DNA of 62,192 nt, filler included, from Choristocarpus tenellus KU-1152 (Eukaryota; Protista; Phaeophyceae): NCBI GenBank assembly GCA_964200185.2. It is 9 parts of 9 records of this genome, joined end to end, with 100 filler letters (N's around TTAATTAATTAA, not from the genome) between each part and the next. Parts side by side here need not be neighbours in the genome. Positions count along the whole stretch, not along the records: positions 10,921 to 24,705 come from CAXNAD020001366.1; positions 24,806 to 45,445 come from CAXNAD020000384.1; 7 more parts are not named here. The stretch is one strand, 5' to 3'. Below are positions 13,000-26,659 of this stretch, in pieces. The notes under the pieces were generated by a model, which saw only the letters and a program-made list of their open reading frames with translations, was not told the origin of the DNA and searched no databases. The position numbers were made by a program, and so were the translations under genes. Every line of letters starts with the position of its first letter. Positions within the stretch are counted from its first letter, which is position 1.

Positions 13000-15900
13000 T
13001 CACAGGGAGTCAAGGTTTGCCCTCCCCCTATTTGCAATTGGGGTTCCTCCAGACAGGGAAGGGGCCGGGGCAACCAGGTTCAGGTCATTGAGTTGGCGAT
13101 CTAAGCCTTCAATTATACGAACGAGTCCTGTATGACCACCCAGTGACTCAATCTCGTGCTTGATGTCCCCCTTAAGTGACCGCAGACGTTTCCATGTATA
13201 CTCAAAGGAGCCCTGAGTTTAATGCCAACAAGATCCATGGTTGATTTTGATGTGATAACAGGAGGTTTGGGGGGAGAGGGGGGGGAGATTGCAGTAGGTA
13301 CTGATATCAGTCTGTATTGTATCAGATTAATGGGAGTTGATATGTGATGGCAATTGCTCAGCAAATGAATCAGGTTAGGTGAATGATAATGATGCAGGGA
13401 AAGCACACTCTCTGATATTGGTCAATACAACACATGGGTCATTCCAGGGGCGTTTTAATACACACCATGCAGTCAAAATTTCATTAATGACACCTCCCTT
13501 CTTGTTTTTCCTCTGCTTCTCATTATTACTATCATAATAGGTATACGTAAAAGATAAAACAACATATTAGCACAACTCCTGTTGCTGTAAGAAAAAGTGC
13601 TGAACTTGTGCATAAGATCTCCCGTTTTACATGAGAAAACAAAACAACTGTATTCAAGAGCACCAAAAATCCGACTCATAGATCTTCCTGCTAGGGATTA
13701 CAAATCAAAGCACTCAATCTCAGTGACAAAGTTTTCAACAAAACTGCTTGGAGCAAAACAGGAAAAGGGACAACGGCATCTGTGTAACAAAGCACAAAAC
13801 ATGAAAGAGAAGGTCTCCAAAGTATATGCCAAGCAGGACGGGAAGGAGAAAGTGCTCTTCCTGCAGGTATGAATACATTGCATTGACAGTGGTCATCCAC
13901 ACTTAAGTCCTACACTACGGAAACCAAAACAAGAGCTCACAGCTCTGACATAGTCCCACCCCACAATCTGCCATTGAACAGAGAGAGAGAGATAGAGAGC
14001 TCAACAGTATGTCAAAACCCCTTACACGAGACCCTACCCACCCAGCTCTCAAGCTCTTGCCCAACTGCCACACCGTGTGTGCACTGATCAGACCGTTAAG
14101 TATTCAGATATCAGAAGATCAGTGCCAGGTTTGATTGCATTGAAATGAATCTTGGGCATACATAGTAGAAGATTCACGGGTTTCCACATAATATGTAGGC
14201 ATCAATAGCAGGCAAGACCCCTCCTTAATACCCCAACTGTCCTGGTAGGCAGCTCATACATATTTCTGCACTTTCAACAATACGTTCGGTCATCAAATCT
14301 AGGATCGCAGATAATAGCAACAGGTGATCGAAGAACCTACTGCATCACCATTATACCTAGAAATAGTGGGTATTCAAGACAAAAGGACACTGACAGCCTC
14401 TAGGACTTTGAAAAACTGCAGTCTTACACACTCACTGTCTTCTGCATCCAAAAAATGGCGTGCTTCTTGATGTCCACATCAGTTGTCCTCTGCATCATGA
14501 TGTGCAAAATACGGTGGTCATTTGAATTGGTCCTCACGCAATGAATGATTGGAAAGGAAAATTTCCCTTCCTGAAACATTTGGTGGAGAATAAAAAAGGG
14601 GGGGGGGGGGGGAAGACTGTTTAGAAACACTCAATTCAGGAGTAAGCTACCAAAAAGGAGTCACCCAAGTACATTGGACTGTGCAAGGACTGTACTGTAT
14701 GGTGAGTGTTGTGTTGTGCTGTGTGTGTGAGTGTTGTCAAGGGTCACTATGAAATGTTCCCTCGACATATCAGCACATCGACTGATGCAGAGTGCCAATG
14801 AAAGTGCAAATATGATATGCCCCACAACAACATACTAAGAACCATCAACAGTGATAATGAAGCATTTCAAATTTTGCCATGCTTCAAACTCCTAATGTGC
14901 TTTTACATAGAGTCGTCAAGGTTGGTCAGGTTGGCGACCAAAAATACTCATAGACTGGTTCCATGTCCACAACTATTCATGCAATCAACGAACAGCATAG
15001 GGAGCCGTAACCTCTCCCAGTTAGGGGAGGAGCCCTGCTACAGGTCACCAACCAAGCTCTCATCCTGCTCTGTATTCCTTTTACAAGACAGCCAATTCAA
15101 CAGAATTTTTTCTTGCAGCAGGAATGTATGGAAAAAAGAGTTGGTGTGTACAGCTGAGATATGTGTGCCTCTGCAAGATTGCCCCCATACATAGTTCCTG
15201 CCGGCTACTGATCAAAAGGGTTTCAATGATCAATGGCGATGAACACATTGAGCAAATGTTCTTCTTCACCCAGACCCATGGTGCACAATTTTAAACACAC
15301 ACAGTACTTGTACCCTCAGTGGGAAGAGTCAATCAAAATTCACACCTATTTAGGCCATGAAACTTTCACTACAAGGTACCATCCACCCTGCACATAGTAT
15401 TAATAGTGGACACATCAGATGCCAATCACTACATAAGAGATTGGTAAGAGTCGGGGTTAGGTCCCCTGGCAACAAAAATTTACACACACAAAAATCAGAT
15501 CACCCCATCCCTTCTACAACCCCCTCAACCCACGGTGAGATCCTCGCAGAAGCTCTTCCCCTTCATGTACTCGTCACTGGCAAGGTTAATCAGATCATCT
15601 CGGATTTGAAAATAGAGGGCCAGTTTGTTCAGGAGAGGCGAGAAGTCTCTCCTGTCCTCACTAAAGGCCTGCATCAACCCGACAGCCAGTCGGAATAGAC
15701 CTCCTGTCTCTGTAGGATTGAAGGCAGGCAAGTGGGAGTTGAGGAGGGCAAGGTTTGTAAGGAAGGAAGGCGTGTTGGAGAGGATCGGCATAAGGGGAAT
15801 TACGGCGGCGGTGCTTCAAAGATGTATCTGCTCAAGCTCCCTTGTGGCAGGCATTGTTCAACGGCATGAATAGAATAGGGCTATAAATGCTTTTAAAACG

Positions 15901-18340
15901 TCCCTAAGATCGACATCAAAGCTTCCTCTCCAAGGGGGTGGGTCGTCTAACAGCTGCACAGGTGCCTTGTAGTATACAGCAACCCACTCCAACAAAGAAT
16001 AAAAGTACCATGTTTGACTTTAGACTTATGGTTGGGGTTGCCATGCATGACTGTGGGTTGCTGCTTATTACCAGACACCCGAGCGGCACTTAGACACTAC
16101 TCTATACTGTTTAAAGGTCTATCATACCAATATTAATACAGTACTGCTTGGACGCATTTTGTCCAACTCTCCATCAACACACATGGTAAATTATTGCTCT
16201 TTACCTTTGTGTAAAAAATAAAACAATTCCATCACACTGGCCACAGAAGCAGTCATTATGGCACCAAATAGTGGACAGGCCACAGGAAGGGGGGCGTCCC
16301 TATGAGCATCAAGGACTGATTTCTCACTTTCGATCACCATGTCCTGGTAGCCTTCTTCTGTTGGGCACTGGTTTGTTTCCCTCCACAATATATCCCTGCC
16401 CTGACCGCGGTGTAGACTCAGCAGCTCTCGTACAAAGCAATCTAGGGCAGTTGTATTGCCAAGGTGGTGGGATAACTCCAATGCCTAATCCCGACCCCAT
16501 TGACGCCGGCGATGACAAGGTGGAGGGGTTGACATTGTTGCATGTTGCTTGCGGGGCACAACACAAGGAGAAGTCAGAGTCCAGTCTATTGAGTAGCTCT
16601 AAGAGCGAGAACGGTATTGGAACGGTATTGGAGGTGAGGTCAAAGGTGTAATGCATAGCTGTCAAAGATCATTTGCTAATCCATAATCGGAAAGAAAGTG
16701 TTCCAGCAGATTTTTAGCAGAACAGTGAAGGGAGCTCTGAAAAAATTATTGCAAGATGATTCCTCTTTCCCTCGTACCTTTTGCAGGGGCGTTGCACTGT
16801 TGCTGTATGAAGAATATTTTTGCCTCTGCTCACCCCTCAGGCACACACACCACACATACACACACATATACATACATAGTCTGCACACACTCATACAATA
16901 CACATATAGATACATTGATACATAGACACATAGTCTCACCTGGAAGTACACATAATTGGCTGTGTTGATGGTTGATGCCACTCCGTATATAGAGTGTGCA
17001 ACTGGCATCCCTCGGCGTAGCTTGGAATTATCCTCAATATCATCCACACTAACAAAAGAAAAAGTTTAACATATATATATTGCACAGGTAAAAGCTCAGA
17101 GGATTGCAAGTTACTGAACACATGCTTCATTTCCGTATGTAATCATACAGATAATACAGCATGCCATGGTACAGTGAACCACATCCTGCAGACTTTGAAC
17201 GGAAGAACCTCCCCAGTGCACTGAAGTGTGGTGATCTAAAGTACTTGCACAAATCTTATTTCTGGTTTACCCAATAGAAATTTCTAGTTCTTATGCAAAG
17301 TGGGTCCACTTGCTGGACAAGGAGCTAGGTTGTCAACAGTCACCCAACAACAGTTTCTCCTGTGCCCCATCACAACCATAGCTTTCACTGTGATTTCAAT
17401 CACAAAGCTGAGGAGTACTCACAGAAGACTAGCATTGTGGAGCTTCTCGACAACCTCCTTGATCAAACTGATCTTATCCGCAGGAATACGAAGCCAGACC
17501 TTGAGGAAAGTGTGGGGAGAAAGGACATGGGAGAGGGACTTTCCATCACAGCCTGGTAAAATGAAGATAGGACCATGCTCAAGGGCATTTACACACAGGG
17601 AGCGTTAGCACAGAAATAGCATGCATACGCCTTTCTTTGCTTTCTGACATTCAACTTAAAACTTTTGGTCACCAGATCAATGTGTGGGAACAGGGAGGAG
17701 ACTGACCTTGACCCTAAGGCAGCGAGCTTGATATGGTATGGGACCCAAACCAAAATGACAAGCAACAAACGAACATCGATTGACAAAAACAACGTTGATT
17801 TTACTCCATGAATTGTGGCGATGTATTGAAATCGAATGCAATGTTTGGTCATTGGTGACCACCCACAAGAGACGTTGCAGTCATTCAAGTCAGCACTTTG
17901 ACTGAATTATGCGTGGGTGGTGTCCTCCATGTGCTGAGTTTGTTATTCTTTAGATTGTGGTCATGCAATACCAGTGAAGTTAAGATGCCGAATCTGCACC
18001 CTGATCAGAATATGCGGAAGTGCTGGCCATTGGGCGCATCACAGCAAAACATCACCATTGACTACACAACAAGTTGGAAGACTATGCTAGGCACTTCTGT
18101 CCAGCCTCGATTATCCTCATCCTCATATCCGAGAGGAGTGCAAAGTGCACATCATCGTACAATCTTCTGCTCAACGGTCGAGACGGTAAGAACGAGCGAA
18201 GGTGGTTCAGGGGAGACCAATAAAGATACAGACAGGAATCTCACCTGGAAGGCATCGATGAGATTCCCCCGCAAGTTTTTGCCTTGTACCTGATTGATAT
18301 AGTTATACGGCTCCATTAAATCCTTTGGGGGAATAGGCAT
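13000..18340 (-). CDS. GGPS1: Geranylgeranyl diphosphate synthase, animal/fungal (type III) class, ~320 aa; exons 18340-18245, 17499-17423, 17048-16940, 16484-16328, 15709-15534, 14570-14436, 13212-13000
   Basis: All introns are GT-AG with consistent phases (963 nt total). Motifs: [35 protein letters not shown] (FARM), [29 protein letters not shown] (SARM), [21 protein letters not shown]. Confidence 0.95.
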
Positions 18341-19065
18341 GCGTGTGGGCGTTGGAGGCCAGTATGGAGGGGTGGGTTGTGTCGGTGAAGGTCTGTTCTT
18401 CTACAGCAATGGCTCTCGAAGGATCAACGTCTAACTACGGCTTGCCCAACAGTGTTAGTGCAGCATTTGAGGTCAGGAGATTCCAGGATGGGTTTTGAGG
18501 GCCAATCGTGTCCAGAATTGGCATCTCTCTTGCTCTATATACCTAAATCGAGTTATCGGCTGTGTGGTCACTGTCGACTTTAGATATCAGATACAAGAGT
18601 TACCCTAACGCAACCACATGCATATATCCCCAACAAATTGTCCATAATGAGAATGTTGGAAAACATATCAGCGTCATCAAAACTCATGGGAGTCGTGTGG
18701 TCTAGGACATGTCTCGGCAACTTGCCTGGTCAACCTTGTGCAGATGATGAGGTCGTTCGTACTCACAGACGGCTTCCGTCTTACCCCCATTGACCATCTC
18801 CTTTGGCGATTTATTTGTGGACGAGTTCACATCCTCCCCAGAGCATTGCCTGTCATTCATTAGAGCTCGTCTTTGTGTCTGACTAGTCAAGTTTTGCAGA
18901 GAAGATTGATCTTCGAGGAGAGAATGGGGAAGAAAATAGAGAACAACTCCCAAAAATATAAAATGAGGCGTTAGTCTCATCGAGCTGGCTCTATTTCTCT
19001 GATTTCCCCACATCAACACCACTACACCTGAATTGCTTTTGTAGGGTGTACGGTTGTGGACCAGC

Positions 19066-21531
19066 ATGACCTCCGCGCTTCTACATACTGCTGCTAGGCG
19101 AAGTGGGTTTGGAATTTCTATCACTGCCTCCGAAAAGAAACTAGAGAGGCGTGACGGGAGAACACTTCTTCATGACTTGGCCCTGGAGGGGAACGAGGGA
19201 GTCATAATGGAGCTCCTCAGGGCAGGGGAGAATGTAGACCCCAGAACGTTGTGGGACTTCACTCCCCTGCACGAGGCTGCTTCCGAAGGCCACATTTGCG
19301 TCGTTAGGTACTGAGAGGATGTGTCGTGTTGGGCATGTGCTAGAAGCGCGCCTGATGATCCGTCACGTTGTAGTGCTGGCACTGGCTCTTTCTACTTGAA
19401 GTGCGAGCGAGTACTTTCTCTGCCCTGCTGACCTCTTGACGGCATTATGACTTAATTGTTCGAACTTAGTATCCCCCCAATGTTGTTCATGACAGAGTAC
19501 TCCTGAAAGCTGGTGCAGACCCCACTGCAATAGCTCGTGACGGGAAAACGCCCCTATTGAAAGCAGCAGAGTGTGGTCATGAAGAGGTAGTCCGGACGCT
19601 GCTCGAAGTTGCAGGTAAATCGAGCCTTCACGCGACTTATTACCAGTGCAAAATCTCTCTTGTACTGGGCCTCTTATGCTCGCCCGCCTTGGTGCATATC
19701 ACTCGCTCGTCGCCTTTCGCATGGCTCCTGTCAATACGAAATGGGGTCTGGTACTGAGAAAAAAGGGGTAGACCCTGACTCCTCGTCATGGGCAGGTAGA
19801 CCCCTCGTGGCTGCGGCTGCAAAGGGGCACCTTGAGGTTGTCAAGATTCTACTGAGGGCTGGGGCCAAGCCAAACCTCGACTTTCGAGGTAGTACTCCCC
19901 TTGTGGCTTCTTGTGCTTTGAACGCCTGTGCTTTGGACAACGACGCTATAGCGGTTGCCTTACTGGATGGTGAGTTATATACATGAAGGCTGCATTTTTG
20001 AAGCGAAATTCTCGTGGGGGGGGGGAATATGGTAGGGCAAGGTATGTCCTTGACGCAAGCAATGGTTTCATAGTGATGTACTTCTAGCAATGAGATTCTC
20101 AAAGGAAACTATCCTCCTTTATCACTTGGATATACTTAATCTCCCCCTACCTGACCCTTTTTTGATTTACTCATTCAACTCCTAACTCCCCCTGTGTGTC
20201 CCAATATATATATAGGTGGTGCAGATCCAAACTATGTAGGACCACCCCCAGTGAGGGAGACTGCATTACACACAGCATGCCGCAGCATGAGGCGGAAATG
20301 TGCATTGACCCTTCTTGAACACGGGGCTGATGAGCTTGCAAGGGACGCCTTAGGCCGACTCCCCTCAGATGTTTTATCTGTGCGGCAGGACGTAATCTCT
20401 AACATACGAAATAGTGGCCTCCAACAAAAACAACAAGACGAGGAGATGCTCCTCCGCCGTATTCTTGGAGAAGCACCACAGGCACGTTTGGCCACTGGGT
20501 GGTGTTGAGGAGGTCATAAGGGAGACATGACCACATTTTTTTCTTCGTATTGTTGCTGGTTGAATTTTGGAGGGGGAGGGAAAGCGTATGGATGGCTTCC
20601 ATGTAACCAAACATTCCTCAGATGCCAATGGACTTGAGACTCAAAGTAAGATGCTATTCTGACAGTTCTCTTGAGCCCTCCAAGCACTTCTGAGATATTC
20701 TTCTCAGTTTCCTCGGTGCTCTTGATGATATCAATGGAAGGTCAAGGCAAGAGCGAGGGTATTCTACCTAATGGTTTCATACATCTTTTTGTTATCTATT
20801 GAGCTACCTCCCGATCCACCTTGCTCTTGGTGAAGAGGCCTTAACCCGTCCCAACTGCCCCACCTTGAGTCCAGATACGCCGGGATGCACGTTGGCGTCG
20901 AAGAGGTCCTGTGATTCTCCTGAGAGCTCTTGTGGCAAAGGGGAGGGGATGGCCTTCCACTCACGAAAAAACTTCTCATTGTAGGAGGGCTACAGGGATT
21001 GCACCAGTTAAAGATGGAGCAAGGAGCACAAAAGATGGTGGCGAAAGAGGTGAACAAGGAGGAGTAGGAGGAGGTTTCATTGAAAGGTATCCACAAAGAT
21101 CCAAAGAGGAAGGTGCTACAAAAGAATTGGCACACAGGAGCAGGAGCAGCAATCACGTTGGAAGAAAGTGGAAACTCACAACACCTAGTGGAGGGGGAGG
21201 CTTCTATGGAGTTGGTGGTGTCGAGGTTGGCCAAGTCGGGAGTATTGGCAGGTTCCATTGCAATGAGGCTGTTCCTTCTGGTGTCAGTCAGCCCTTCGTC
21301 TCAGATTGGAATGTGGGTGGTACTGTACGTGATGGAGTGAGCAACAGTAATGATGCTGCCTTGGTTGTTCTAGAAGCTTCCCAGACGAAGTTTCTGCTGC
21401 AGCAAGATGTCACATTGAGTAGGGGAGATGGTGCTGAGATGTTTCACCAACAGATGCTGGAGTTGTATCTGACATGCTTGGCGACCCTCGAGGAAGAAGA
21501 TATTTTCCGCAGAATCGTGTTGTACCTCTAG
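19066..21531 (+). CDS. Ankyrin-repeat protein with C-terminal RWRRRG...IFRRIVLYL module; exons 19066-19307, 19496-19614, 19766-19969, 20216-20481, 20875-21531
   Basis: Repeats GRTLLHDLA, TPLHEAASEGH, GKTPLLKAAECGH, RPLVAAAAKGHLEVVKILL and ETALHTAC, with consistent phases. The last intron needs a GC donor. An acceptor at 19044 allows a further upstream exon. Confidence 0.85.
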
Positions 21532-22017
21532 AGGAAGAAACCAGAATTCCAATCTACCGTAACTCAGTGGATAAGAAAATATTACCATTCACCACAGTAC
21601 AAGCCGACAACATAAACACTTGCCAATTATAATATCCCTATCGATGTTGTGCTGATATTATTTCCACAAATAGAAGTTGACCATTTTCTCTGTTGGATTA
21701 GCTCTGGGCAGTCTAATTGCTAGAGGTATCGTGTTGCTCAGTGAACTTGGCGACCAAGGGTTACATTGTTATCAAAACAGCAGGAAACCTTGCAAGGCGA
21801 CTGCATGTTGATAAATACTGTTCTGAGTGTATTGCCATGTGGTATTATGCTATTACATACCCTGGAAAGGCTACCACCAAAAGAGTTTACAGTATTTATG
21901 ATACTATTGATGATGTTGCTTAGAAGGAAGGATGCAAGACAATTATTCGGTCTAGAAGTTAGAACCAAGGATTCGGCTCAAGGCTGGGAAGAAAAGGAGG
22001 GTTACATATTCAAGGTC

Positions 22018-23282
22018 TTACACCGGAGCAAGTAACTGTGATGGGACTACACCACGGGCCAACTCTATTAGAAAGTTTTCTAACAGGGCTGGCCCAATTC
22101 CTTCAAACGCTCGGGAGAGTTCATCTGTGGACCAACCCGGAAGAGAAACGTTCATTAGGGCGGGGCCAGGGCCCTCGACGTCTTGGATGACCAGGTCTAG
22201 TTCCTGCCTGATTCGACATGTTTTGAAAGGGCCAGGCCTCAGGTTTGGTAGGACTGGGCTGGGTGGTTTGTGTGTGATCATTCAATATTATGACTATACT
22301 TCGAAGTGCTACAAACAGAGTCATTTTATGTGTTCATACCTTTTGTGATATACGTTATGTATAGTGCATCAGTGTTTGGGAGTGTTAAGTACTCGGCCAG
22401 TCCACATTTGTGGGATTATTTCGTACTTCTCCCAGAATGAAATCTGAGGTCAGCAGAGCGCTTTAATACTATACATTACCCTTTAATGGTACAATGAATT
22501 CCACACATACCATCAACAGTTTCTTAAGTCAAACCATACCGCCCAATAAACCGAAAGCTAATTTTACACACTGTAAGGCATACCATATATTGCGATTTCG
22601 TACATAAGAATGTGGACTGAATATCAACAGTGATAATACTTTTACGGACAGGGTCCGCCTGGATAAAATTTGATTTTGACAGGACGAGCTGGGACCAAAA
22701 ACAGTGGGGCTGGGTCATGGCGTGGGAATTTTTTTTTCAACACGACCTGGTTGTGGTCTGATCCAACGGATCCGACCTGATTAACTGAAAGTCTGGTGTA
22801 TAGCCCTGGTAATACTGGTGAAGACAGGAGTAATATCTGACGCCACATCCTCTTGCTTGAAGCTAAACAATCATTTAGCTAGTACGAACTTTGTCCTTGA
22901 TACCCATAGATGCTCGTGTGTGTGGAGCTGTGAGGTGAGAAAGTATAACCTGTTGGGATTGCTGTGGTGTTATATGTCCAGTCGAAATCCAGAAAAAAAT
23001 AGTTCACTTACTTGCATGTACTTTCTCTCCTCTAGCAACATCGTCTTCAAAAAAATTATGTGGCATGTACTCTGAATAAAAATATATATATTAATATAAG
23101 AGTTGTTACAATCATGATAAATCAATCTCTGCCCTTTGCAGTCAACCTTCATTAACATTTCCTTTAACCTTACTTGAGCAAAGCAGGAGCAATAATAGTC
23201 CCGTCTCAGGTATTCCAGGAGGTCATGCTTCTGTTGACTTAGGAGCACATTTTCAACCTTTGGGTTGACCCTCCTTTCTATC
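22018..23282 (-). CDS. Putative 3' part of an unidentified gene; exons 23282-23174, 22862-22777, 22207-22018
   Basis: Three AG/GT-bounded segments join in phase to give IERRVNPKVENVLLSQQKHDLLEYLRRDYYCSCFAQ-LQARGCGVRYYSCLHQYYQGYTPDFQLIR-QELDLVIQDVEGPG...LLENFLIELARGVVPSQLLAPV*. No family recognised; upstream exons unresolved. Confidence 0.5.
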
Positions 23283-24592
23283 CTGAAACTTGTGTATACA
23301 TATAGCATACTCTCTTTGGTTGCTGTCGCTATGACAAATGACACCCTCTGGACAGAGGTATCGTTCATGGGCTTGGGAGTGGAGGGATGTAAGAGTGATT
23401 GAAAATACAAAAAATTGATCTCCCTTAAGGAGCTGTTACTCTGTGTTGGTGGTGGCGGTGGTGGTGGTGGTAGTGTTACGATTGGTCTTAACTACTCCTA
23501 CACTACCACATTAATCTGTCACCATAATATTACAAAAAACGACAACCAAGAACAAGGAAGTATATGGTCCATTTTCCACGTTACGCCAAGGCAGGTCCAG
23601 GACAAGATTCGAGGGAGGTGGTGGAATGATGAGCGATGAGATTGCATAACCCCATATGCGAGGGGCAAGGCACAAAGGGGGACAGTACAATGACTTGGTC
23701 GTAGGGCAACATTTTGTTGAGGTAGAATTTAATCGGATGAGAAGTATTCCAATGTGTATGCAGTGGGTTGGGATAGTCCTGGACTACTGACAGAGTGAAT
23801 AATGATTTTTTTTTAAATGATAGCAATAGTAATAACAACAGACTGAAACAGTACTGAATGGTGAACATAATAATTACGAATAATGGCAAGTAGTTAACAA
23901 TCATAAAACGTACCAGAACTAATAGTAACACTGAGAAAACGTCCAGACGTGCCCAAGAAGATGACATCATTCAACCGAGTCCATTTTTACTCTTTCCGGT
24001 CCCAACTGGTCAGCATCACCATAGATCCCAGACCCTGACGGGATTCTTCTAGAATGACTTTGTTCAGGCACAAATAACATAATGTGGACAAGGGACCACT
24101 GCTTGGGCCTCCACTCAACCCTCCGACCCACCTAGATTGATACCTCCCCCAGAATTTTGCCTCATAGCGAACCATTCTTTAGAGGTGGAGAAGGCACTTT
24201 CCAATGGTTGTCCAGTGGAGGGATGTAGGAGGCTAGGGGTGGACACTGGTCACCCTCGCTAGTGTGCCCGAGCTGGTATCCAATTACAGCAGCACTCGCC
24301 CATGGTCTGGCAACTGTGCAACATGTGTAGACAAGTGGGTGTCCCCTACACCTTAGAGGTCGACAGTCCCTTCACCATCAATCGCAATTTTCGTATGGGT
24401 GCGGTCTTCCATTCTGGAGCTCTCTCCAATACAGCTACAGTCCCCTACAGGGAAAGGGGGCTACTCCTGGATGTGGCCTTGGTTAAAGTACAAACAGACT
24501 GCCACCTCCACAACTCATCAAACAGCAACAACATGAACACTGCTGTAGCAGAGCCCAGTAAGCGCAACCGCTACAAGAGGGTCAAGGTATCT

Positions 24593-24625
<33 letters not shown>

Positions 24626-26659
24626 CGTGTGGGGGTAAAATATTTTTTTTTTTTTTTTTTTTTCAGTTCGCATGGGACGGGACCCAACACAACAAAAAAA
24701 AAAAANNNNNNNNNNNNNNNNNNNNNNNNNNNNNNNNNNNNNNNNNNNNTTAATTAATTAANNNNNNNNNNNNNNNNNNNNNNNNNNNNNNNNNNNNNNN
24801 NNNNNCACTTTCCGCGCACCATTTCGGTCAAACCCATCCTCCATCAAATGATCCATCCGCCATTATCATGATCCGCTGTTTATTACTCTTTACATATTTG
24901 ACCCTTGACAAATGAGTTAAGTAAGTAATGTTTCAGAATCATGTCGACCACTCACTCAAACACCAAACAAACACACAACAATGTACTTTTATTCAATTTT
25001 GAATTTTTAGTGGAATCTAAATTGTGAAAAAAATGATATTAATATCAATGTAATATATCTTTAGCACTTAGAATAATAGTATAGGATACAAGATACAAGT
25101 AGAGCGCCAAAGTAAACGAGAGGCACCTGGACTTGCATGTTAAGAATGCTCACAAATGGGTACATATTCGTCTATTATTTCAAATGTGTGTAAGATGTTT
25201 TCTGAAGTGTACTGAAAACTTAAAAATAATAGAGGAATCAACGTTCTCAAGTCAAACCTCCCACTTCATTCATAAAAAAAAAAATATGGGTGAATTACGA
25301 AAGATTGACAAAAAGGCTTTACACGCAGAACTGCCAAAACCTAGGCACCTCCCGTTTACTTTGGCTCATAGTGAATGGTAAATAGGGAGGCATGGCCATG
25401 ACATGTCTGGAGTGTCAAAAAAAAAATTCCTGGCTGACCATAAACAAAATATTCTAACATAGCCAAATGCATGACTGTCACTACTCGACATGAGTGGGGC
25501 CACCAGCTGGAAATGTATAACCAAGTTCGAACATGGTCGAGTCAATGACTGTTACTAATCAGCATGACCAGGCCCCCTGGCTGGCCATGTACAACAAAGT
25601 TCGGACATGATCGTATCCATGGCTATTGGCAGTTTCAGCATGGCAGGGCCGCCGGCCATCCTGCGACCATATTGCTGACAGAGGACATGAAACGTGCCCG
25701 GTCCAGTGAAGAAGTCACCACAACAACAGATTAGAACAGGTACAGTAAGGCAATAACATAGTTTCTTTATCGGCCAAGAAAGGTCAACAAAGTGACATGA
25801 AAGAGCACAACTCCGCAAGATTAGGAATCATCTCGACAAGCTCTCACCAACTATAAACTACAGCATGCACGAGAAAAATCGATTTCAGTTCCATCTCGCA
25901 GAACTTAACAGCAAATAAAAACTGTCCTTACGAAATATCTGTGTTTCAACGAGCGACCATGGGCTCAAAATAACCTGTGATTATAGTGGGTGACGTCTTG
26001 CTTCACACCCTATACCTGAATTCACCGAGCTGCCAATGTGAATCGATTTTTGTGGTGGCATGGTTTACTTCAGGCATGGGAGTGGTGAAGGGAATCACCA
26101 GGCAAGACGGTTCAGACAGTCGAGATGATTTGAATCTGAGAGAATGAAGTTAAGGTTTGACATAAGGACAAGAGCGATGAGATGGAAGGGGCATGGTTCA
26201 GATTAGGTCTTGAAAAGGAACCTCTCAATGATAAGAGAGTCTGCCTTCGGAAAGCAGGCTCTTGAAGAGACTTCACAGCAGGAAGTCAGGGAAACTTGTC
26301 TGAACCTTAGACAATCTGATGTCAGTATGTGGTGTGCCACTAATAGTGCGATGACAATCAACATCGTTTTCCATGTTTTCTATTAGCTCATTTTGGAGCT
26401 AGATGTGTCCTGACTTCTTTTTGTGGTTTTAGATGATGTAAGGAACTTGTGAGAAATTGGAAGGAAAAGAAAAAAACGACTGCATTTTTTGTTCAAGTGG
26501 ATGGCTGTCATTGGTGCAAATTCGCCATTGGCTTCACTGATCATCCAATCAGTGAATGATTTACCTTTCAATTTGTGACAGTCGTTCCTCAAGTCACAAC
26601 GCAACAACGCACACCTCACAAAAAAAAACAAAATAGATATAATTTCGAGAAATCAAAGG

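Noticed and set aside
20506-20508. TGA after ..GWC as selenocysteine or readthrough
   Set aside because: A GC-AG splice upstream removes it and restores a coherent protein. No SECIS was identified.
13000-23282. Terpene biosynthetic gene cluster around GGPPS
   Set aside because: No terpene cyclase, P450 or prenyltransferase is recognisable nearby. The neighbours are an ankyrin protein and an orphan.
25863-26062. Degenerate inverted ends (catgcacgagaaaaatcgatt / aatcgatttttgtggtggcatg)
   Set aside because: Too diverged and single-copy in this window to call an element.
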